A stretch of DNA of 58,186 nucleotides, counting the filler, from Dugesia japonica (taxonomy: Eukaryota), in NCBI GenBank assembly GCA_001938525.1. It is 5 parts of 5 records of this genome, joined end to end, with 100 filler letters (N's around TTAATTAATTAA, not from the genome) between each part and the next. Parts side by side here need not be neighbours in the genome. Positions count along the whole stretch, not along the records: positions 1 to 16,132 come from MQRL01580403.1; positions 16,233 to 31,306 come from MQRL01603240.1; 3 more parts are not named here. One strand, 5' to 3'. Below, one piece after another: positions 13,231-24,479 of this stretch. The notes beneath the pieces are model-generated. The model had not been told where the DNA came from. It was given only the letters and a program-made list of their open reading frames with translations, and ran no database searches. Each line of letters starts with the position of its first letter. Position 1 is the stretch's first letter. The position numbers and the translations under genes are program-made.

Positions 13231-15049
13231 TTAAATCTGAAACTTTTATTCTGACCAATTAAAGCTTAATTAAAATTTGTTTTGTTTATCAAATTATCAT
13301 TTTTATAATTGAGTGTGTTGCGGTACACTTCTAAATCAACAGTCATTTTAAAATTTTACGGCGTAGGTTGCTTAAATGTTTGTTTTAGTATAAAATACCT
13401 TTAAAAATTATAAATATCACATTTTTAAAACAACTAAAACTATTTTAGTGTTTTTAGATTAAAGAAAGCGTAGTCAATATAATAACGCTTATTTACTGTA
13501 ATTGTATTCAATAGCCTCACTAAATCATCGGCCTTGACCTAGTAAAAGTTGAAGTATAAGACATCTTAGTTTATATTAAATGCCTATTCCATTTTGTAAT
13601 GCTGAAATGGTCATGACGTCCCTCGTTTTCCTAAAATTATCATTAGAGATCTTTGATTATAATTATATTCGTTGCAGTAAATAGAGATAAGAGATATATT
13701 TATCATCATAGTTACTTGCGGTTGTAACGTTATTAGTATTCATGTCATATAACCATTTTTGTCATGATAAAATTACATATTAAAACAATAATAACATGAT
13801 AAAGTTGAAGAATAAATCGTAATAATAAAACAATAGCATATAACGAGTATGACAATTATCATCTTAATTGTAGCAGATAAATAACGAATTGAAATTAAAT
13901 AACCTTAATACAACATACTTGAAAAAGATTTTGATGACATTGTCAATTTGAAATAATAACTTTCAGAGTTAATGGTTCGTATTATAATTGTATTCATTAT
14001 TAATGAGTAGAATTTTAAATTAAGATTCGCGACAAAAATAAAAAATGTAATCAAAACTTAATTTATTTAAAAGATAATCCTCAAAACAAGCCATAGAAAT
14101 TCAATATTGATCTTAAAAAAATACAAATTAAATCCGTTTGAAAGATTTCTACGATGCAACAAAAGATAATTTGATATGATATTCTTTTAAATACTCATGT
14201 TGATAATATAAAGTAGGAAGACACAGCACGCATACTATTCAGGGGTTCTTACGTCAATTTGTCCAAGTATCCATCAATCAAATTTCGAGAAAATTATTAC
14301 GTCATAGTGCGCAATTATGAAAATTTTAGTTTTAATTAATAGAAACTTTTATTTATCTTAATACTTATATAATCTTAATAATTGGTAATTATAGAAAAAT
14401 ATTCAAATAAAACTTCAATAATAATCACTTCAAATATGAATAATAATAATAATAATATTAATAATAATAATAATAATATAACCTAATATTATTCGTTGAG
14501 TTTAAAAATTCTCAAATTAGTGAGTTTTTTTATTTAAATAAGACAGACATTAAGAAATATACATAACAAACAGATCAATACACACACAAAATACATCCCT
14601 AAAAGTACATATACGAAACAAATAATCAATCAAGTACTAATAAAGCCAATCAATAATCGGTGATCCTGATCCTGATAATTCAATGACAATAATCATAAGT
14701 TCAATGGGTTACTGATGGTTTCTGTGACAATGCATTTCTAACAACTATTATTGAAATGTCTTATTATACTTTATCTGTATATTTGTAAATTACCTAAAAT
14801 ATTTTTTATCTTTTAATTTTTGTGCATTTTAATTTTTTGTAAACGAAACATTTTATTTTATTTTTATTTTAAACTTTTAATTTTATCTTATCTATAACAC
14901 TATTGATTTTATGTGTTGGACGATATTTTTTATAAAAGTATGTTTGGTTTTATTGTTGATTTTTAAAAATAATAATACTACTTTAAATTTTTATATTATT
15001 TTTCTTTTACTTAGGTTTATTTTTATATAATTTATGTATCAACCTACCG

Positions 15050-15400
15050 GTTGAAAATTAGTATAAATACTTTTCTTAGTATAAGGTCTAAAGCTTCTTC
15101 AGCTGCAGATCAAAATATACAAATAAAATGACGCCTTTTATTTGATAATGTAGTATTGGATAAATAATAAAAAATTGGAAAAGTAAATTTTGGTCTTTTA
15201 CGTAAGGATATTATATAGATACTATATAGATTATTTATAAATTATTATTATATCTATAATAAATATACTTAGGCATAGGAAATTGACCATATATATCTGG
15301 ATTCATAAATATTAAACTCACGCAATTGTTTATTTGGCTTTGCAAGAATTCCAAAGCCATCTCCACAAAATGAAACAAAAGTTGCTTGATATAATAAACT
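15050..15400 (-). mobile_element. Second Penelope-like 3' remnant, paralogous to 8.3-8.7 kb
   Basis: aaactcacgca.t.gtt.attt..tt.gcaa.aat.cc.aa..atctc is shared between about 8625 and 15314. Reads DGFGILAKPNKQLREFNIYESRYI. Confidence 0.4.
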
Positions 15401-15890
15401 TAAACGCGTTTAATTATAACAAAATTATTACTGTTTCGTCTCAGTAAAATCTTTATCGGTAACATTTTGTCCAATTTTTTATTCTCTTGTTGCCATTTTT
15501 TTACATGTAGACTGGGGTTTCTGCTGTTAGCTTGAAACACCCAAAAGAAATATGATTAAAGGAACGGGATACCCCAAACAGGTGGAATTTNNNNNNNNNN
15601 NNNNNNNNNNNNNNNNNNNNNNNNNNNNNNNNNNNNNNNNAATCAATTAGGAATATTATAGATGGAAACAGAATTCCAAAAAATTAATTTAGGAATAATT
15701 AGAAATTGATTAAGAAAATATTAAAATAAATAAAATATTTGAAATAGAAAAAAGACAAAAACCTGATCAGCTATAATTAAATATATTAAAAAAATTGTGT
15801 TGGGTTAGAACACATTTTGATAATAATAAAATAATTTGGAGAGCGGGGGAAAACAATTTGGAATTTGTGGCTGGATTAGAGGGTTTACGT

Positions 15891-15891
<1 letters not shown>

Positions 15892-15927
<36 letters not shown>
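15892..15927. repeat. (TAT)n microsatellite
   Basis: About 12 units, seen directly. Confidence 0.95.
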
Positions 15928-15930
<3 letters not shown>

Positions 15931-16132
15931 ATCGGTAATATGAGTTATTATAAAAAGGTCAAAAAAGGAAATCGGGCGTAGAAAGGCCTAAATTCAGTGA
16001 ATCTAGAATAAAAAGGACATGGGCAGAAGAAAACGATTATTATATTAATAGAGATACCATACAATAATATAATAATATGTTAAAAAGGTCTCTACGACCC
16101 GTTTCATTTAATATATTAACGCTAATTAGCGT

Positions 16133-16232
16133 NNNNNNNNNNNNNNNNNNNNNNNNNNNNNNNNNNNNNNNNNNNNTTAATTAATTAANNNNNNNNNNNN
16201 NNNNNNNNNNNNNNNNNNNNNNNNNNNNNNNN
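16133..16232. other. Artificial assembly spacer
   Basis: 44 N + TTAATTAATTAA (stops in all six frames) + 44 N, exactly 100 bp. Confidence 0.97.
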
Positions 16233-17400
16233 CAACAGCTGTTGCAAAAGCTAGAGAAGCTTCAAAATTAGGTGTAGAAAGACAAAAAGTTGAAGAAGAA
16301 TTAAGACAATTAAAAGAAACAGAAATAAAACTGTTCAACCATTTAAAAGAAAAGGGATTGTAGAAAGTTATAAAGGTAACGGAATTTATTTAAATCCTTA
16401 TCAGGGAAAAGGAATATATAATTTTATTAAGAATTTAATTAATCAATCAAACTTACCTGATTCAGTAATATCAACAATAAACGAAATAGGTAAAAAATAA
16501 AAATTGGGCGGTATTGTTAAAATAAAGGAATCAAAACATGGTTTAGGAATATATATGAGATCTTATTAAACCTTGGGATCTTAACGCCCAATAATTGCGT
16601 TACTAGATATTTAAAAATGTATGAATATAGAATTACTTTATTAAAACAATTAATCAAAGAGCAGGATAAATATAATAATAAAGAATTATCTGAAAAACTG
16701 AATCAACAATTTTAAATGATGTTTTAACTCAACAACAAACACCTACATTAAAAGCACTAGAAAGAATAGTTAAAACATTATTAACAACAAAACTTGCTTC
16801 AATTGAAAATACTAAACAAACTAAACCAGCTATTAAGAATAAAAAGGAAGATCAACAGCAAAAACAACCATTATTAATTTATATTGATAATTATGAACCG
16901 TTTGATATGAAACAGGATATTACTAATTCAATAACGACAACGATTTGCCCTATATTTACTGTTCAAACCTTAAATAATGTTAACTATAGAATTATAACTA
17001 TTAATAAACATCCCTTTATGCTTTATAAAAGAAATGAAATGGGATATATTTATTCACAATTAGAAAAAATTGAATTTGAATTTACAAATAGTTTAGTTTA
17101 ATTCTAGGGAAAAACTCTAATAAATAAGATGAAATTAAGAAATATTTAAATTTATTATCTTTATGCAAAATAACTTAAGGCAATTATATAAAAAGTTTAA
17201 AACATTTTGCTTTATCTAATGATGGACCAATAATTCAAGAAGGAAAAGGCATAATAAGTCATTTAACTTCAAGTAGTAATGATGAAGATGATGACGATAA
17301 TCCTATTAATCTATTTATAGAATTAAATAAATTATTTGCTGCACATAATAATGTTGATAAACAAATCAAAAAAACTTAAAAAGCCTAAAACATTTTCTCA
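16233..17400 (+). pseudogene. Polinton accessory/structural protein remnants with GxG motifs
   Basis: YKGNGIYLNPYQGKGIY, KHGLGIYM, EGKGIISHL and DNPINLFIELNKLFAAH resemble the GxGLYLxP and PxELxxRLxLLxA motifs common in Maverick hypothetical proteins. Confidence 0.55.
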
Positions 17401-17634
17401 ACTAAATACACAGTAAAAAAGTAACCCTAAATAAAGTACTATTGCCTAATGATGCAATTTATGATCCAATTTTTAAATTCCCAAATAAATACATTAGGAT
17501 TAAATTTCGTTACGTCACGGCGGGGGGGGGGGTTACTGATTGTGTGCGTATAAATTAAGCAAATAAAATAAAAATGAATTACAGAATACTTGATTTCTTA
17601 AAAACATTTGGTATTAATCTTAATTTTATTAAAA

Positions 17635-18198
17635 ATGGAGAAAGAACATGATCGTATTTATCCTGATATAAATGAAGAAAATCAATTTAATCGAACTGCA
17701 TCTATAGTTGATTATAAAAATAAATTAAAAACATTAAGAATTAAAGATTTTGAAAATGATTTAACATTCTTAACTGATAAAATAAATCATTATAATAAAT
17801 TATATAGAAGATGGGAAATGTTTGATACAGGCGTCAGATATACCGATATTTTAATAGGATCTTTATTTGGTGCTGCATGAATAACAATAACTATTTTAGC
17901 TACAAGTGGTATAGTTATTTTAACTTTACCTGTTATTATTCTTGGTACATTTCCTTTAACAAGTTCAATTGTTCATGGAATATTAAACATTGGTTTAATT
18001 TAAAGAAGAAAGAAGAAATATAATGATTTAATTAAAGAATTGGAAACAAGTAAACATAAATTATTTCTTTATCAAAAAAGTTTAAATGATAATATATTAA
18101 CTGATGAAGAGATAAATACTAGTAAAACAATCGCTAATGAAATCGAAAACAAAATATTAAAGATGAAAACTGATATTGAAGTTAAAGAAGAAAAATAA
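17635..18198 (+). pseudogene. Polinton/adintovirus-type membrane-hairpin coiled-coil protein
   Basis: MEKEHDRIYPDI...HYNKLYRRW, then two hydrophobic helices (LIGSLFGAA*ITITILATSGIVILTLPVIILG), then RRKKKYNDL...KSLNDNILTDEEI. Two in-frame stops. Confidence 0.6.
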
Positions 18199-18399
18199 AT
18201 AGATAAAGCGTCATCTTCAATGACTAAACGCTTTGCGGTAGATAATACTTTTTTTTAACAAAGCTAAAGGAAATGGAAACTATAATAAATCAACCTACAG
18301 CAAAAGTTCGAAAGAAAGTAAATTAGAAATAGATTATAATTGTTTAAATTGTATAAAATTGAAAATTAATTATAAAAATTAAATTAAATATTTTAAAAA

Positions 18400-19025
18400 A
18401 TGCTTCATAAAAACAATATTTTACATATCGATAAACATATTAAAAGAATTGGTGTTAGTCATAAATTAGAAAATGAAATTAGAAAAGAATATTATAAAAT
18501 TCCACAACACAATAGAATTCTTCAAGCTAATTTCTTAGCCACTTTATATTTAAATTTCTATCTTCCTAGTGAGGTTTATGATAAATTTAACTGTATTGTT
18601 TCTTTATCATCAGGCGAGGAAGATAAAAACTTGATTGAAATATTAAAAGTTATAATGTATATTATGATAATTTATTTAAATGGAATGATCCTCGTGCACT
18701 CTTACTTCAATAATTGGGCGTTGTTGATAATTAATTTATTAAATTTTTATAAAAATGACAAATAAATTTATAGAGTGCGTTTCTAAAGATAATGATTTTA
18801 AATTAAAATTACAAGAAGATGTGAATATGTATAATTCATTACCAATTGGCGGACAAGCAGAAGCAGGAAGAACATTTATAATAAGAGCAAAACAATTTGA
18901 ACAGTGCGTTGATATAATGGGCGGAACAATATATAATCTCGCTTCCGAAAAACATGAATTAGTTAATCAAAATAAACAATTAATTGCTGAAAAACATCAT
19001 TTAACCGATCAATTAAAAGCGAACA
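18400..19025 (+). CDS. Two small hypothetical proteins of the Polinton remnant (18400-18765; 18755 into the gap)
   Basis: ATG starts in an AAAATG context, same strand and tight packing as neighbouring Polinton ORFs; no recognisable motif. Confidence 0.35.
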
Positions 19026-20075
19026 NNNNNNNNNNNNNNNNNNNNNNNNNNNNNNNNNNNNNNNNNNNNNNNNNNNNNNNNNNNNNNNNNNNNNNNNNNN
19101 NNNNNNNNNNNNNNNNNNNNNNNNNNNNNNNNNNNNNNNNNNNNNNNNNNNNNNNNNNNNNNNNNNNNNNNNNNNNNNNNNNNNNNNNNNNNNNGATTTG
19201 CCTGCATAGTAAATCAAATTTATCAATAAAATAATTATAATAATCAAGAAGAATAAATTATAATGACTTAATTTATTTTTTGCTTTATTTTTATCTTTGA
19301 TCAAATACTCTAATTTTCCAAGAGTATAATAAATTTGTTTTATATCCGATTCACCTATTTATAGTTTCATGTGTATTTATTTTTAATTTTTTCTAAATAA
19401 TCTGTATTAAAANNNNNNNNNNNNNNNNNNNNNNNNNNNNNNNNNNNNNNNNNNNNNNNNNNNNNNNNNNNNNNNNNNNNNNNNNNNNNNNNNNNNNNNN
19501 NNNNNNNNNNNNNNNNNNNNNNNNNNNNNNNNNNNNNNNNNNNNNNNNNNNNNNNNNNNNNNNNNNNNNNNNNNNNNNNNNNNNNNNNNNNNNNNNNNNN
19601 NNNNNNNNNNNNNNNNNNNNNNNNNNNNNNNNNNNNNNNNNNNNNNNNNNNNNNNNACTAAGTGTTTTAAATGTTCAAAATTAATATCTGCTGTATCGTA
19701 TTTATTAATAAAAATAATTAATTCTTCATTACTTTGTCCTGAATATAAAGGTTCTAATAAATAACTAGATGATTTTAAACATTGCATATATTTATAGTAA
19801 GAAGCTCTTTTTTTTCATAATTTGTTTCTAATGTAAAAGCATTTAACATTTCTAATATGCTTTTGAATTTTTTATTCTGTTGAAATNNNNNNNNNNNNNN
19901 NNNNNNNNNNNNNNNNNNNNNNNNNNNNNNNNNNNNNNNNNNNNNNNNNNNNNNNNNNNNNNNNNNNNNNNNNNNNNNNNNNNNNNNNNNNNNNNNNNNN
20001 NNNNNNNNNNNNNNNNNNNNNNNNNNNNNNNNNNNNNNNNNNNNNNNNNNNNNNNNNNNNNNNNNNNNNNNNNNN

Positions 20076-23000
20076 GTTTGAATATTATTAAAGTCTTTAT
20101 AATTATTTCCTGTTAATTTAAATTTAATATGTTCAATTGTTTCATATGGTTCAAGTGGATTTATATTATATGGATTGTTAATATTATTTAAAACCATAGC
20201 TTTCTTTTTATCAAGTGTTAGTTTATCTGATTCTAAATATTTCTTAACAAATCCTTTTGTTTTTCCTTTTACGTCACCATTAGATAATCTATAATGATAA
20301 TCTTTTGGAGCAGGGACAACTATCAGTTAATTCTCCTAAATTATTTCCTATTTGTTTATCTATATATCTAACAGGCTTACATTCTTCATTATCACAATTT
20401 TTATTATCGCATGAGTCGTCAATAAACACGCTTGAATCGGTATCACAAAAAATTACTATATTTCCAAGTGATTCTAATATATTATATAATCTTAATCTTG
20501 CATGAGCTGTTGTATATAAAGCTAAATAAATATTTGTTGATTTGTGTGGTTTCTTCCACTCGTCTTTTAATTTATATTTAATCATCCATGTTTCTTTGTC
20601 TAATATTAAAAGATTTAAATCTGTATAATTATTATTATACAATTTTTTACATGCATCGTCATAATTGGTAGGATGTGTTGTATGATCAAAGTCATCATTC
20701 ATTCCAAAATATCCCCATAGACTATTTAAGCAAATTTTAGCTACTTATCTTAAACCTGCATTAAATTTGATTTTATCTATATCTACATCATAAGCTAAAT
20801 TGTCTGCAATGAATTGAATCTTTGTATTACAGTTGCTACCATTAGAACAATCGCTAATACTGTGTTTATCGCAGTTGGGAGGACAATTTTCATTGTGTCT
20901 TTTACATTTACAACCGGAAGCTTCTAATTTATATTTCATAAATACATTTATATAGTCTTTGAATAAACCTTTTATTGTTTTTCCGAAATTAAATAATTCG
21001 TATATATGTAATAATTTATATCCTTTATCTAAAGCTTTATTTACTTCAATTGTTGACCAAGTTCCTGTTATACATCTTTCTTCATCATAATGGCTACATG
21101 GCGCATTTCTATAATTAAAACATTTTGTGCATTGTTTTGTCTTAAATATAGATTCATGTTTATTTTTCGTGCAATGTTCACAAGTATTATCCTTATGTGA
21201 AGCTTGCGCTTTAAATGCACACCTTGTTTTTAATTTATGGTGTGTGCATTTGCTATTTATTTTATTCATGCATGTTTTGCACAATCCAAATAATAATTTA
21301 TAGGCGTTTATTGTTTCTTGTTTAAAGGGCAACACTGGCAAATATAAATTTTTAGGAGGCAGCATTTTACATTTAATTAAGCCAAAATTTGGTTTATCAT
21401 TTTCATTAATTATAACTAATAGATTATTTAGGTTTATATATTTTTAAATAATATTTGTGGATGATCTATCGGATATTCGTTATATTTATTAACAGTTGGG
21501 TATAATGAAACTACATCAACATATCTTATCTTTTGATTATTATTTACTTTATAATATAATTTAAATGGTTCTGTTCTTCCTCCATAAAAAGCATCTTTAG
21601 GCTTTAATTTATTTAAATATGGTTTCGGTTTAAAATTTTTAAAATGAGGATTCTCAAATAAATATCTTTGATATTCACATTCCCATAAAGTAATATATTC
21701 GACCTTTTCTCGTCTATCATTAAAATATCTAATAATATTATTCTTTTTAGTTTGAATTCTTTTATTTAAATATTTCATTGATTTACTTCCTTTCTTACAT
21801 ATTTCTTCTTTCGAATAAAATTTTAAACATCCATGAAAATATCAGCCATTAAATTCATAAACGTAATGAATTTGTTTTGTCGAATCATAATAATATCCAT
21901 CTAATTTATAATTACTTATTGCCTTTTCTCCTCCTCTTTTGGCGTGTTGTATATTTATTTTATTGATACAGCTTAAATATTCGAGCCAATGTAAAGATTT
22001 GGAACAATAAACGTCATCAAAGTCAGGCAGTCTTGGAATTCCTATTGTATTATTATTTATTATAGACATAAATGTTTTGGCACATACTTGCGCTATGGTA
22101 ATATATTGAAAAGGGTCTAAATTCAATAAATTACCATTCGGCATCTTTATATTCACAAAAAAATCTTTGTATATTAAACATCCTTTAGTTAATATCATTA
22201 CACCTGTTAAACAATAATAAAATAATTCATTTTGAAAATTAAATATCTCATTGTTATTTATTCTCTCATCGTGCCAAGCTTTTAATTTTTCTTTAATAGT
22301 TAATTGATCGATTTCTTTATCTTTTGAATTATTACTCATTGTTTCATACCCATAATAATATAAAGCTGGATAAGCGCCAATATAATTCTGATTTGCTATT
22401 GTATTCGCTAAATGAGGAAATTCCCCTTTTGTTCCTTTAAAGCCGAATGTTTAGGGAAATGCTTTTAAAGCGCATAAAGTAAAACATAATGAATCAATAA
22501 ACCTAATATTAAAATGTTTTACCCGAATATGTATAATTTTATTTCCTCTACTTATTTCTTCTAAAGGTAATTTATTTTTAATTAACCATCCTAATATTGG
22601 TTGATTATCATATTCTTTGGAAGAATGAGCTATAAAAATGTAATCTTTAAAAGTTGTGCTAATAAAAAATTTACAGAATGTATCTATTAAAGATTTCGAA
22701 TCACTTATAATTATTTGGTTTATCGCTGCGCATTTAGCCATTATATTATTAACATTTAATTCATCTAATTTCCAATTCATTTCTTCTTTCGTTTTATCAT
22801 TAGTTGTTTCAGAAATTATTTTAAATATAGTTACAATATTTCCTTGAAATTTATAAAATAATTTTCTTAATGAATCATATGCAATTGTGTAGTTCATTTC
22901 GTGATAACCTCTATTTTCNTGNGTTGCTTCAAAATCAAAGAATATATAAGAACTGCTAATTTTAAATTTGCCGCCGTTATTTTTAATATAACACTTGTGA

Positions 23001-24111
23001 TTATTGAATGGTGGCGTATAAAATTCATGACATATAGGGCAATTCTTTTTGCCACAACTATGTTTATTTGGTTTTGAATATTCTTTACCACAATCATTAC
23101 ATTTTACAATTTTCTTCCTTGATAACAATAATCCTATGGAGCACGTATGTTGATTTTGAAAGCTTATTAAGCAATGATGGCAATATTTATTCGATTGTAA
23201 GAATGCGGATATTTTAGCAATACCATTGAAATGATTATTCTCTAGATATATAAATGTTTGTTTCTCGAATGAATCATTTCCTCTATATATGATTGATTAG
23301 TTATTATTACTAGCATAAACTATTATTCTTATATTTAAAAATAACTCGAATCGTTTTAAATCATTAATATTGCTACCATTTTGATTTATAGGAACTCTTG
23401 CCTGTAAATGTAAATTATAAGCATATTCTGTTTGAATGGGATCAGCACGTCTAATATATCTTTTTCTATTATCTCTTGCATCAAAATCAAAATAATTTTT
23501 ATTAGTAAACTTATCATAAATTAATGAAAATACTATTGCTCTAGCTAAACATATAGTATATGTATTATTAATCATATTAACCGAATTTGTAGCAAAGTTT
23601 TGTAATATCTGATTAGTTGACTTAGATGCGCTATGAATACGATCATTTCTTCCTGTACCGCTTGGTGTTGGTATAAGTAGAAATTCAAATTTTNTTGCAT
23701 CAATATCTATTTCTTCTGCTGATTGTAAAACATGATTTAATTTATCAAANAATTTATTTACTATAGTGTCTCTCGTCCTGCGTGAAAATAACTATTTGGA
23801 TTTAATCTAATCATAGCGTGATAAGCAGTTATCTTTACAGTGTAATTAGAATTTTTATTTGTAATGTCGTCTAATATAAATTCTAAACAATTTATAATAT
23901 TTACTTCAGTCATTGTATAAGGAGAAATCGTATATGTGTGAACAATTCATCTATATTGTCTATAATAATGCGAGCCAAGATGGTTGACTAGGTTGAAATC
24001 ATCTATCAGTGTTTCAACAAATAAATCGTCTCTAATTTGATGTTCTTCAAAAGGTAGTGCATTATTAATAGCTGTCCATTCGTCTAAATGTGAATTCGTA
24101 TTTGCTGCCAT
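20076..24111 (-). pseudogene. Protein-primed family B DNA polymerase (pPolB) with OTU-like N-terminus and embedded Vsr-like nuclease
   Basis: VLQS..PTPSGTGR; CLARAIV and NNHFNGI (OTU-like Cys/His); zinc fingers; Exo I FFDFEA; Exo II IAHSSKEYD; RFIDSLCF; KGEFPH; YKLDGY..VYEFNG*YFHGC..LWECE; AFYGGRTE; motif A YVDVVSLYP; motif B KICLNSLWGYFG; motif C FCDTDS; KTKGF. Many frameshifts. Confidence 0.95.
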
Positions 24112-24254
24112 TTTTTTAAAAACTAAAATAAAATTTACGCAAATATTCCCAACTGAAATATAGAAATTGGGATAATTATTTGAAAATAATAAATCGAACA
24201 AAATCACATTCCAGACAAATTTTCACAATTGCATTCGCATTACGAAAAATCGTC

Positions 24255-24476
24255 ACACAAAGTGGCCCGCGTTTGGACGAACATCATTTGAAAATGAAAA
24301 AGCGCGAAGAAATAAATTTTTGGTGAATCGTAGAGCAACAATTAATTCCCTTGTAGACAATAATACTTTTTATAATTATAGAGAAAACTCCCTTTTACAT
24401 CAAAAAGGCGCGAAAAAGGGGGTTATAGCTTTTTCATTTTCAACTGATGGTAGTCCAAACGCGGGCCACCTTGTGT
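24255..24476. mobile_element. 222-bp MITE with about 49-bp terminal inverted repeats, superfamily unassigned
   Basis: Left acacaaagtggcccgcgtttggacgaacatcatttgaaaatgaaaaagc; right reverse-complemented acacaaggtggcccgcgtttggactaccatcagttgaaaatgaaaaagc. Confidence 0.88.
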
Positions 24477-24479
24477 TAT

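Larger units (their letters stand above)
16233..24250. mobile_element. Polinton/Maverick (adintovirus-like) remnant 1
   Basis: pPolB on the minus strand converges with plus-strand Polinton-type accessory ORFs. Capsid, ATPase and integrase genes are not seen (gaps and contig edge). Confidence 0.8.

Noticed and set aside
15300-15330. Shared gtgagt as the splice donor of a duplicated host gene (also at about 8630)
   Set aside because: The upstream frame in the 8.7-kb copy is a GIY-YIG endonuclease, so a Penelope-like origin explains the homology.
15640-15927. 3' end of a restriction-endonuclease-type non-LTR retrotransposon with a (TAT)n tail
   Set aside because: Only a faint QK..L..ILKK resemblance; too degraded to support.
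16177-16188. TTAATTAATTAA as a biological palindrome or piggyBac site
   Set aside because: Always centred in exactly 44+44 N; it is an assembly linker.
18963-20116. ORFs made mostly of X (also 51485..51790 and 40137..40430)
   Set aside because: Artefacts of translating through N gaps.
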